DNA of 64,000 nt, taken from positions 64,001 to 128,000 of IMG/VR virus record IMGVR_UViG_2825252539_000001; one strand, written 5' to 3'. Below, in pieces: positions 52,042-60,995 of this stretch (the stretch's first letter is position 1; every line of letters starts with the position of its first letter). The DNA comes from a virus (taxonomy: Duplodnaviria > Caudoviricetes). The position numbers and the translations under genes were made by a program. A model generated the notes under the pieces. The model did no database searches. It was not told where the DNA came from and was given only the letters and a program-made list of their open reading frames with translations.

Positions 52042-52056
52042 GGGGCACCGACCCAC
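52011..52056 (+). other. Hairpin insertion interrupting the minor tail gene (candidate bypass or mini-intron element)
   Basis: GTGGGTCGGTGCCCCTT-GGC-TTAATC-GCT-AAGGGGCACCGACCCAC: 17 perfect pairs plus 3 more including one G-U, with the in-frame TAA in the 3' arm. Confidence 0.85.
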
Positions 52057-52067
52057 AGGGCAATCCA

Positions 52068-52613
52068 TGGCTTAACAATCTGATCAATGCCTACTTGAGC
52101 TGGCTGATCGACTCGATCTCGATTCTTATCGGAATCACCGGCCTGCCAAGCAATATGCTCGAAGGCTTCTTGAACAACGCGTTCTTCGCGTTCCAGTTGA
52201 TCGAGCTATACCAACGTCGAGACGACATGGGTCCATACCACCCATGTATCGAGACCTTCACCGCCTCGCCATCCGCGCCATACAACATCGAGACACTGTT
52301 CCAGTTCATCAACCTGTTCTGGGATACGCGCGGATACACAAGCGCCACCTTCACTTTCCGTAACGGCGAGCCGTACTGGCTCGGCAAGGACTTGTTCCGC
52401 GGAGCGTTGGTCGTCCTCGTGTTCATGGGGCGCACCAGGATCTACACCGACTACATCGAAAACGTCATGTGGCGCGTCTCGCCAAAAGACCGTGACGTCC
52501 TCATCCAAGTTGGCGACGGCCGCGCTGAAGAGGCGCCACTCGCTAAGCATCAGCGCAACATCACCGGGGCCTTCGAGGCGATCAACGTCATCACATTGGC
52601 GCCCCAGAATTAG
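52068..52613 (+). CDS. Minor tail protein, C-terminal part (continuation in a different frame)
   Basis: Frame reads WLNNLINAYLSWLIDSISILIG..., continuing naturally from GGRSPA; no clear SD at TTG 52095. Confidence 0.8.
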   Translation, partial: WLNNLINAYLSWLIDSISILIGITGLPSNMLEGFLNNAFFAFQLIELYQRRDDMGPYHPCIETFTASPSAPYNIETLFQFINLFWDTRGYTSATFTFRNGEPYWLGKDLFRGALVVLVFMGRTRIYTDYIENVMWRVSPKDRDVLIQVGDGRAEEAPLAKHQRNITGAFEAINVITLAPQN

Positions 52614-52622
52614 GAGCCGCCC

Positions 52623-53444
52623 ATGAGTTGGCCAAAAACCCCTGATGGGAAGTACTACCTCTTCGAGGGGATCGTCCGCGTGCCGGTCGACCCCTCGACG
52701 GGGGTAGCGCAACTGCTTCTGCGCCCACGAGGGGGCATGTTAATCGGCGTCCCGCCTGTCGAAAACGGCGAAGACGGCGCCACTCCCACGATCATGGACG
52801 AAATCGTTCTGAACGTACTCGATTGGGACGACGAGAACCCCGACGAGGCGACGTGGACCGAGATCTCGCCGAACACGTATCAGCTGTCGCTCACCCTCCA
52901 CAAGGGACAGCCCGGGGATTCCGTTGCCGCTCCGATCCTGAGCGCAACGGATCTCACTGGCACGCCGACCGCCAAGTATGTTCTGGCGATCAATAATGCC
53001 GGCAACGGCGTGGAGATCGTTCCCAACAAGGTGGGGGACCGGTACTTCCCTGCGACGATCAACTCGATTTCGGCGGGGAACGCGAATGCAACCCTGTGCT
53101 CGATCTCGATCGGTCCATTGCCGTTCGACTGGCGGCCGGTGGCATCTGGGTATTGCGTCATCACCGGCACTGGAGCGGACGTGCAGGTCGACGTCCTTGC
53201 ACGTCTTGGGAACGAGAGCACGGGGAACATTGTCGGCCGCGGCACCCAACGAGCCGGCCAATACCCGGCGACACACATCCTGCAGCCTGGCATTCCGGCC
53301 GGTTCAGCGACTGACTATGACAAGGTCAACGCTGGCCAAACCAAGACGATCTACTTCCGCGCTGAACGTCAATCCGGTGGCGACACCTTCACGACGTCTA
53401 GCACGACCACCCAGTTCCGGGTGGAGGTGCAGCCGATCCCATGA
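52623..53444 (+). CDS. Minor tail protein
   Basis: SD AGGAG; LHKGQPG and PFDWRP motifs; synteny. Confidence 0.85.
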   Translation: MSWPKTPDGKYYLFEGIVRVPVDPSTGVAQLLLRPRGGMLIGVPPVENGEDGATPTIMDEIVLNVLDWDDENPDEATWTEISPNTYQLSLTLHKGQPGDSVAAPILSATDLTGTPTAKYVLAINNAGNGVEIVPNKVGDRYFPATINSISAGNANATLCSISIGPLPFDWRPVASGYCVITGTGADVQVDVLARLGNESTGNIVGRGTQRAGQYPATHILQPGIPAGSATDYDKVNAGQTKTIYFRAERQSGGDTFTTSSTTTQFRVEVQPIP

Positions 53445-55330
53445 CCGATCTGCCGAACTGGGTAACTGATGTATCCGCCGGCAAGGTCGACCGTCTTCCT
53501 CACATCTCAGTCCCGGGACTGAATGATCGGCCACTAGCCCCGGAAATCATCAGGCTCGCGACCGAATTCTTAGAGCAGTTCTTACGCAACGTCGTCAGGG
53601 CCGTAATGGGCTTCTTCCCGGGTGGGGACACTGCGTTCAACATCCTGTCCCAGTGGGGCGAGGATCTGCACGACAACATCCAGGGTTTCATTACTCAGCT
53701 TAATCAGATCGGCGACATCTTCAACGGTCTGGTCGTGGTTCCGTTCAATGCGGCGGTTGCACATGTTGCTGACTGGTTCCAGGAGAACGTCTTTCGAAAG
53801 ATCAACATCGAGACCCTGTTCTCTGGTGCTGATCTCAGTATCACGCCGGATGATTTTGAGCCTGGCCTAGCGATCCTTGCCGCGGGTATCGACGGTGCCG
53901 GCAAGACGATCTCACAGTTCCTGGACGGACTGCGTAACGCGCTAACTATCGGTGCGCCGACATCTGGCGTCACTGTAGATGAGGTCACCTTTGCGGCTTC
54001 TGCGATCAAAACCAAAGTTGTCGATACCTCGGACTCGGTGGCCACTGTCCGCAATCGTGCCGACAAGGTCAAGAACCGGCCGTGGTGGGAGTCGCCTAGC
54101 CCTTTCGAAGAGGTTTCGGTTCCGCGGGTTCTGCTGCAGCCGCGGCTTAACCCGTCGACACTCGTCTACGACAAGCCGGACGTCACACTCGCTGACGGCA
54201 CGCTGCACCTGATTCCTGTCCGCATGCGGGATAGCCAGGTAATCAATGAGGTTGGCCTCCTAGTACTGGGGGATGACCCGCCGCCGACTGCACTCTATCT
54301 GGGTCTATTCACCGTCGATCCCGTCACGGGCGCTCACGCATTGATCCATGACTTCGGTGATGTGAAGGGTGATATCGACACCGGACCAGAGATGTTGTAT
54401 GAGCAACGATTCCAAACTGGTGTAGACATCCTCGGCCCCGCTGGCGATGTGTTCTCGGTTGGAATCCTGCCTATCGGCGACTCGTTCCGTGTCGCGGGCG
54501 TGATGCGTGATCAGATCATCACCGCATTCACGCTTTATCCGCAGTCGTCGACCGAAGTTGTCACCGGTCAGTCTTCAATGCCTACCGATGTGGATGACGC
54601 CGATATGGACCATACCTTTGGATACCGGGTTTACGTCTCGGTTGGTCAAACCTTCACGGACGCACCGGAAGACGAGACGCTTCTCACACTGAATGAGACG
54701 TTCAATGTCCCACCAACGAATAGTTGGTCATCCCCGTCATGGGTCCGATTCCTCACAGCTAGCGCAAAGCTCTATGTGGACAGTAGTGGGGGAATCCGCG
54801 CCGGCACCACGGGTGTCGCTGGCGGTGACTCGACATTCTGGGGCGCAGGCCTCGCCACGACGAAGCTCAACACTGACGATCAATCAGTCGAACTGACGAT
54901 TGGCGACAATACCTGGAGCACAGGCGCTTACAACCATGTAACTATGCGCGGCTACGTCCGATGCAAGTCGGATGGGTCGACCGGTGCGTGTATGCACATC
55001 GACAGCAACGGCACCGGAGCCGGACTTGGCCGCGTTCGCATCGCTAATACGACTGCTATGTCCGGGATCGGGACCGTCCGCGCGACGGTGACAGGGCTGA
55101 CGATCGCGTCAGGTGACCGCTTCCGTCTTGAGGCGGTGGGTGATACCTACACGGTCTACCAGAACGACGTTGCCATTCCGGGAGCGACGTGGACCGACAC
55201 CGGAGGCGCAGTCGTCCCCGTCGGGAAGACTTGGCGCTACGTCGGCTGGGGCCATGGCGAGCGCACAACGGTCGGCTCCTTTTGGCGCATGGCCGCTCTT
55301 GATGAGTGGACCGCGAGGGACGTGGCGTAA
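53441..55330 (+). CDS. Minor tail protein with C-terminal beta-rich (lectin-like) domain
   Basis: Synteny; GDRFRLEAVGDTYTVYQN...WTD...RYVG pattern. Confidence 0.8.
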   Translation: MTDLPNWVTDVSAGKVDRLPHISVPGLNDRPLAPEIIRLATEFLEQFLRNVVRAVMGFFPGGDTAFNILSQWGEDLHDNIQGFITQLNQIGDIFNGLVVVPFNAAVAHVADWFQENVFRKINIETLFSGADLSITPDDFEPGLAILAAGIDGAGKTISQFLDGLRNALTIGAPTSGVTVDEVTFAASAIKTKVVDTSDSVATVRNRADKVKNRPWWESPSPFEEVSVPRVLLQPRLNPSTLVYDKPDVTLADGTLHLIPVRMRDSQVINEVGLLVLGDDPPPTALYLGLFTVDPVTGAHALIHDFGDVKGDIDTGPEMLYEQRFQTGVDILGPAGDVFSVGILPIGDSFRVAGVMRDQIITAFTLYPQSSTEVVTGQSSMPTDVDDADMDHTFGYRVYVSVGQTFTDAPEDETLLTLNETFNVPPTNSWSSPSWVRFLTASAKLYVDSSGGIRAGTTGVAGGDSTFWGAGLATTKLNTDDQSVELTIGDNTWSTGAYNHVTMRGYVRCKSDGSTGACMHIDSNGTGAGLGRVRIANTTAMSGIGTVRATVTGLTIASGDRFRLEAVGDTYTVYQNDVAIPGATWTDTGGAVVPVGKTWRYVGWGHGERTTVGSFWRMAALDEWTARDVA

Positions 55331-55417
55331 CAGCCCCTTCGCGGTCCCTTCGGGGTGAAAACCCCTCTTACTTAACCCAAATAGCCGGATCTTCCGGCAA
55401 TGAAAGGTGGACTCTGA

Positions 55418-57925
55418 ATGCCTACCTTGCCTGAAGACCTAACATACTTCACGGTAACGCGCACCATCTACTCGGCCTCGCCGCTCGTGGCCGACGTCCG
55501 GTTCAATGCCCTAGTTTCACGCGATGTCATCATCGCAGAGCTTCCCGAAGGTCTTCGTGAGATCTTGCTGGAGCCGGTCTACGGCAAGATCGTTGACGGC
55601 GTACTCAAGTCTCAAGATGAGAGCGAAGTTGGCGTACAGCTGCTGTCAGCGGCGGAGATCTCCATATACGGCGAGCTTCGCTGGCAAGCAACGTTTTTCA
55701 ACTCCAGCGACACCTATCTTTCGCCACTCATCTTTCCGGCATTACCCGGTGAAGGCACCTTCGATCTGAAGGACGCGGCGGTCGCCACTACCGGTATTCC
55801 AGGCGTGGTGACCGGCCCTCGCGGATACTCCTTTGGGGGACTGCAGGCTACCGAAGACGGCGAACACATCCAGGGGTTGATGTCCACCCCGGCCGGCCCC
55901 ATTCCAGTAGGCGACCCGGTCCCGATGCTTCCAGGCAGTGAGGGACCGCCCAATGTTCTGGACATCGGAACGGTCGAGGCCGGCGACGACTTCAACGACG
56001 CCGACGCAAACATCACAGGGGAGTCACCCAGTCAACAGCTCAATCTGAAGCTTCCGCGCGGATTCGGCTTCGCGGGTCTCACACCCGCCGGGGATGGCAC
56101 TTATGTGCAGGGCCTCGTCGAATCACCCACTGGCCCTGTGCCTGTCGGCGATCCGGTCGGCGTCTCGATCGCGTACAACTCGACCGTTACTCATGGGACC
56201 GATCCAGACGTTGACCGGCCGCCGGTATCCGTGGCGGTGATCTGGATCGGTAGCGTTGAGCCTAACCAAGCGCTAGCCGGCGATGTGTGGTGGGACACCT
56301 CGGGCGTCGCACCGACCATTACGACGACCTCATTGAACGGCATGAATAAGGACGCCGTCTTCAATCAGATGTTGTACGCGGATGGCACGATTCCGGTCCA
56401 GTGGACGAAACTGACCGGCGCCCTCCCGACTGGTGTGAGCCTGTCGAGCTTGGGTAATCTGTCCGGCACGCCCACGGCAACAGGATCTTTCACGTTTCAG
56501 CTTGAAGCGCGCAACCCGTTTGGCGCGGATACCCATAGCTATTCGGTGACCGTTGGCTCGGCTATTGCGCCGACCGTCCTCACGGCCGACCTTGGTTCGT
56601 TTACGGCCGGCGTCGCCTACGCGCTACAGATGTCGTCCTCGGGCTCAACCCCGATCACGTACGACACGACGAGCGGGGCGTTCCCGACCGGCATCACTAT
56701 GAACAGCTCTGGCCTGATCAGCGGAACGCCAGCATCTACAGGTAGCGGCACGGTGACAATTCGGGCCACGAACGTTGTTGGCACGAACAGTCATACCTTC
56801 AGCTGGACGGTATCCGGCACTGCCCCGACGATCATCGATACCAGCCTTGGGGCGATGTGGCGCGGATTCGCGTTCTCGAAGACGTTGTCCGCAAGTGGCT
56901 CCACTCCGATCACGTACTCGAAGGTGTCCGGTTCGTACCCCTCCGGGGTCACAATGAACTCCAGTGGGGTGTTCTCTGGAACGCCAGATACGGTCCAGTC
57001 CTACAGCTTCGTCGTGAAGGCCACCAACGCCTACGGTGACAGCGCCAACGTTACCTTCGCCGACAGCGTATTTGAGTCAACTCCTGTTGTGGCCGAATCA
57101 ACGCTCGGATCAATGAGTGTTGGCGTTGCTTTCTCCAAGCAGCTCACGCTTACTTCGGGCGGGCCGACGATCACGTGGACTCAATCGGGCACGCTCCCGG
57201 CTGGAATCACCTGGGACGCCGCAACCCATACCCTTAGTGGCACGCCGACAACTGCTGGTTCGGGCACGCTGACAATCCGCGCCAGCAATGGTACGGAATA
57301 CGACGATCAGGTATTTTCCTGGACGGTCGTCGGGCTCCAGTACGAGAACACGTGGTCTGCGACCGGAACCTCCAGTCCGCTGACCATCTCTACGAACGCC
57401 AGCGCCCATGCACAGGGCATCCTCTTTGTGGCGATCACCGGAAACGTGGCATCACCCTCCGCAACAGCCACTTACAACGGCGTGTCGATGGACACCCATG
57501 GCGCCGTTGTGGACTGCGGTACGTACAACACGTCTTACCGCACGCGTATCGCCGTCTTCAAGATGGCCGACCTGGCGGGCGGGGCGAAGAACGTTGTTGT
57601 CACACCCGGTGCTGGTGTGACGGGCATTAGTGCATACTTCATCTCGGTAACGGGTGTCGGCACAGTCGGAGACCTGCAGCCGAAGACGTACACCACCGGA
57701 ACCAGCCTGTCGCAGACTGTCACCAGTGCAACGGGCCGAATTGTGCTGCAGTGCTTCTATAACCCGCTGGCAGCGACGATCACCGCCTACAACAAGACCG
57801 AAATCGCGCAACTCGGAACTAACCGGTCGCTCGTTGGTCGAACCGATGGCGCTTCGTCGATCTCGTTTACGGCTACTGGTGGTGGAAGTGGTTACGGCGC
57901 AGCTGCGTTGGACCTCGCCGCATGA
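55418..57925 (+). CDS. Tail fibre-like protein with four Ig-like (He_PIG) repeats
   Basis: Repeated LPxGxxLSSxGxLSGTPTxxGSxTFxxxAxN units; Thr/Ser/Gly-rich. Confidence 0.8.
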   Translation: MPTLPEDLTYFTVTRTIYSASPLVADVRFNALVSRDVIIAELPEGLREILLEPVYGKIVDGVLKSQDESEVGVQLLSAAEISIYGELRWQATFFNSSDTYLSPLIFPALPGEGTFDLKDAAVATTGIPGVVTGPRGYSFGGLQATEDGEHIQGLMSTPAGPIPVGDPVPMLPGSEGPPNVLDIGTVEAGDDFNDADANITGESPSQQLNLKLPRGFGFAGLTPAGDGTYVQGLVESPTGPVPVGDPVGVSIAYNSTVTHGTDPDVDRPPVSVAVIWIGSVEPNQALAGDVWWDTSGVAPTITTTSLNGMNKDAVFNQMLYADGTIPVQWTKLTGALPTGVSLSSLGNLSGTPTATGSFTFQLEARNPFGADTHSYSVTVGSAIAPTVLTADLGSFTAGVAYALQMSSSGSTPITYDTTSGAFPTGITMNSSGLISGTPASTGSGTVTIRATNVVGTNSHTFSWTVSGTAPTIIDTSLGAMWRGFAFSKTLSASGSTPITYSKVSGSYPSGVTMNSSGVFSGTPDTVQSYSFVVKATNAYGDSANVTFADSVFESTPVVAESTLGSMSVGVAFSKQLTLTSGGPTITWTQSGTLPAGITWDAATHTLSGTPTTAGSGTLTIRASNGTEYDDQVFSWTVVGLQYENTWSATGTSSPLTISTNASAHAQGILFVAITGNVASPSATATYNGVSMDTHGAVVDCGTYNTSYRTRIAVFKMADLAGGAKNVVVTPGAGVTGISAYFISVTGVGTVGDLQPKTYTTGTSLSQTVTSATGRIVLQCFYNPLAATITAYNKTEIAQLGTNRSLVGRTDGASSISFTATGGGSGYGAAALDLAA

Positions 57926-59118
57926 CGCAGACCTATGCGCTTGATCCGCTCAAGGTCAAGTTGGCCGCCGGTATCGAGGATTGTGCAATCTTCGGTATCG
58001 GCGACTCAACACTGTACGGCTCCATTGATACCGGATGGGCAGACAACTACGGGTGGTTTGGTCGATTCGGGAAACTGATCGGCGAGTACTATCGCTACAA
58101 CGTTGACATCTATGGATATAACACGTCCACGAATGTCTGGGAGCAGCCGCAGTTTTGGAGCGTCGGCCAGGTAACTGGACCGAGCAAGATCCGAATCTAC
58201 ACCGCACCCGGCTCTGGCCGTCCGACCCTCAAGTTGTACCACGGCGGTTTCCCCGGCTACACCATAGCGGCGCTGAGTAACGTCATCTCTGGCTATGCGA
58301 ACTTCAGGGCCAAAATGGCTGAGGCCGACGTGGTCCTCGTCGCAGACTGGTTGAACGACTACACGCAGAACATCAACAATCTCGCCTCCGCGTTTCAGTC
58401 GTTCGTGACGACAAGGGTTCGACCGTATGCGCCGAACGCAACCGTCATCATCACGACTGAGAATCCGTCGAACCGAGGTTATGGGCCAACGGGTGTCGCG
58501 AACGCGATCCCGCGCGCGTTCTTGAGCGGTATCACGTCGTTGCCGTTGGTGCCGGGAGTAATCGCCGGCGCATCGTCGTGGCCAAACCTGTTTGTTGCAG
58601 ACACTCAGCAGGGATATCTGGCGAACTACACCACGAGTGGTCAACTAAATCCCGACCTTGTGCACCCCACAGCCGCCGGCTATGCGGCCCAGGCGACGTG
58701 GATGTTCCACAATCTTGTTGTCGACCCAAGCGCTGTGCCCAAGATTGTTACAGCCGACCTCGGGTCGATCATCCGGGGCGTCTACTACGAACTAACGCTA
58801 GAGGCCACGGGAGAGGTTGATAGCTGGTCTGTGGTGTCTGGAGCGGTGCCGCGCGGCATCACGTTCAGTACCAGTACCCACACCCTATCGGGCACGCCGA
58901 CCGCGTTCGGTGCGGACTACGACCTGACGATTGGTGTCGTAGGGCCGTACGGCTCCGACGAGAAGCGGTACACGGGCATCGTCGCATCCAACGGATTCCC
59001 GTTCGCCCCAGTTACGGTGTCACGGCATCGCTTCAAGGCGTTGGGCACATGGTATGCGGCGAGTTGCAAGCTCAAGCGTTCCAATGGTTCCTGGGTTCCG
59101 ACTCGGTCGAGGAATTAG
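57922..59118 (+). CDS. SGNH/GDSL hydrolase fused to an Ig-like domain
   Basis: GIGDST, GGFPG, LND and DLVHPTAAGY blocks; C-terminal VPRGITF...LSGTPT Ig repeat. Confidence 0.8.
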   Translation: MTQTYALDPLKVKLAAGIEDCAIFGIGDSTLYGSIDTGWADNYGWFGRFGKLIGEYYRYNVDIYGYNTSTNVWEQPQFWSVGQVTGPSKIRIYTAPGSGRPTLKLYHGGFPGYTIAALSNVISGYANFRAKMAEADVVLVADWLNDYTQNINNLASAFQSFVTTRVRPYAPNATVIITTENPSNRGYGPTGVANAIPRAFLSGITSLPLVPGVIAGASSWPNLFVADTQQGYLANYTTSGQLNPDLVHPTAAGYAAQATWMFHNLVVDPSAVPKIVTADLGSIIRGVYYELTLEATGEVDSWSVVSGAVPRGITFSTSTHTLSGTPTAFGADYDLTIGVVGPYGSDEKRYTGIVASNGFPFAPVTVSRHRFKALGTWYAASCKLKRSNGSWVPTRSRN

Positions 59119-60188
59119 CGTCCGGTCAGCTGGTCCGCAATGATGGCCCTATCAGCCGCGGCCGTTGGGATGAACGGATACGCCATCCAACCGTGGATCT
59201 CGCCATAGCGGAGGATGAACGTAAAGTTCGTTAGCCCCAACGCTGTCGCATCGTCACGCAGGCGAAGCGTCTGGGGCGAGAGTCGGTCACTCGAACTCGA
59301 CCAGACGTACGTCGTCGGCAATCCCTCAAGCGACCCGTTGATCGGGCTCACCAAAGGGTTGGACGGGTCGAGATTGCCAGCCCACTGCAGGCCGGCGCTT
59401 CTCAAGGACCCGACACTCAGCAATTCGTCGTGAGTCGTCAGGCTCGCGGGGTCGCTCACTGTCGCGTCCAACCATGGCGAGGCGAGAACCATACGAGCGG
59501 GGACGGCGGACCCGGCAAGCACAAGCTGTTGCACAGCAGCTAACGCCAGTCCGCCCCCCGCCGACTCCCCGAGGATGCTGACGTTGTCCGCTCCGCGGGC
59601 GACGATCGTCTCCGAGATCAGGTTCGCAACCTTGGGCACGACGGTAGCCGCAGTCTCCTTGGGCGCTAGCGGATACACCGGAACGATGACGGTGGCTCCG
59701 GTGTCCCGAGCGATATCCGAGTAAGTAATCCAGTTGATGTTGCCGATTTCGCCGATGTAGGCACCGCCATGGAGCGCGATGATCTCTTGATCTGAGGTCG
59801 AGTTTTTGGGCTCCAGGACGTACACCGGCATGCCGTCGGACTCGGTTTTCGTAACCGTTAGGCCCTTGGTCGCGAACGGCGGCGGAGTGGCGGAGTTCAG
59901 GCCGGGGATCGCGGTGGTGATCGTCCAGATCCGGAATAGCGCCACTTCCAGCGCATGATTAGGCGGGTTTCCGCTATACGGCGAAGTGTCGACCGGAGGT
60001 TTAGTCCTTGGTTGACGCTTGCTATGCCCGACGCCACCCGAGGGCTTGGCCGACGCGTGATGAGCCTGTGTAGTGCCGGCGCTGTCATCGGCGTGTGCAG
60101 CACCGATGCCGAAAATCGCTGCATAAACGCCCAGCGCGCCGATACCGACACCCACCGAGACACGCACGCTCACGCAGGCAACCCCCAA
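59115..60188 (-). CDS. Secreted alpha/beta hydrolase (HSL-family esterase/lipase), antisense moron
   Basis: LHGGAY, GESAGGGLA, SPWLD, SSDRL, HGW motifs; signal peptide ending AAHAD. Exact start uncertain. Confidence 0.88.
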   Translation of the reverse strand: MGVACVSVRVSVGVGIGALGVYAAIFGIGAAHADDSAGTTQAHHASAKPSGGVGHSKRQPRTKPPVDTSPYSGNPPNHALEVALFRIWTITTAIPGLNSATPPPFATKGLTVTKTESDGMPVYVLEPKNSTSDQEIIALHGGAYIGEIGNINWITYSDIARDTGATVIVPVYPLAPKETAATVVPKVANLISETIVARGADNVSILGESAGGGLALAAVQQLVLAGSAVPARMVLASPWLDATVSDPASLTTHDELLSVGSLRSAGLQWAGNLDPSNPLVSPINGSLEGLPTTYVWSSSSDRLSPQTLRLRDDATALGLTNFTFILRYGEIHGWMAYPFIPTAAADRAIIADQLTGR

Positions 60189-60314
60189 TCCGATTCGACC
60201 CGATTCTAGCGGGCTCTTCGGACCCTGGGGAGGGGTTTCAGCAAATTTTCATCGCGACCTCGACCCGTCCATTGACGCGCGGGTTTGTTCGCCATGCCTA
60301 TAGGAGTCTTTTAC

Positions 60315-60995
60315 TTGTTCGCAACTGGCCGGCTCGTCGACCATGACCCTCGGTCTCGACAGTTCCGCCACACATTCACCGCGACTTCTCTGAAGCCTGT
60401 CGATTGGGACGACGACGCTCCAATCACTGACCAAGGACAGATCGGTGGCTGCACCGGCTGGACCATGCTCGACATTCTCAACAACCATCTGTTCCGCGGC
60501 AACCGTGTCCACGCTACTAAGTCTGACGCGCTCCTGCCGAACAACAAGGGTCTCGACCTCTACTCTCGCGCAACCCGTCTCGACGGGATTGCTAACAACA
60601 CTTATCCACCGACTGACGAAGGCTCATCTGGCCTCGGCGCCGTAAAGGCCGGCAAGGCAGAGAAATTCGTCCTGACCTACACCCACGGGTTCTCGATGAA
60701 TGACTTTCTCGTGGCCCTGCAGCACCAGCCGGTCATGGTCGGCACTGTGTGGACCCAGGGGATGTTCGATCCCGACAAGACCGGGCTCGTCCGCCCAACT
60801 GGCGTTCAACAGGGCGGACACGAGTATGGCGCCTTCGGCTACAACCCAGCCACCGGTTTGATCAAGTTCCGCAACCACTGGACAGACCAGTGGGGTGTGA
60901 AGGGTCGGTTCTACATCCGTGCAACAGATTTCGAGAAGTTACTCGCGGCACAGGGTGACGTCACTATTCCCGCTCCTATCCCGGTGACCGCATGA
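60315..60995 (+). CDS. Papain-like (C1) cysteine peptidase
   Basis: DQGQIGGCTGW, GGHEY, FRNHWTDQWGVKGRFYI; TTG 60315 follows AGGAG. Confidence 0.85.
   Translation: MFATGRLVDHDPRSRQFRHTFTATSLKPVDWDDDAPITDQGQIGGCTGWTMLDILNNHLFRGNRVHATKSDALLPNNKGLDLYSRATRLDGIANNTYPPTDEGSSGLGAVKAGKAEKFVLTYTHGFSMNDFLVALQHQPVMVGTVWTQGMFDPDKTGLVRPTGVQQGGHEYGAFGYNPATGLIKFRNHWTDQWGVKGRFYIRATDFEKLLAAQGDVTIPAPIPVTA

Noticed and set aside
52011-52070. Self-splicing group I/II intron, or a simple -1 frameshift, as explanation for the split gene
   Set aside because: 56 nt is too short for a catalytic intron core. The two frames are simultaneously open only at 52035-52038 and there is no slippery heptamer.
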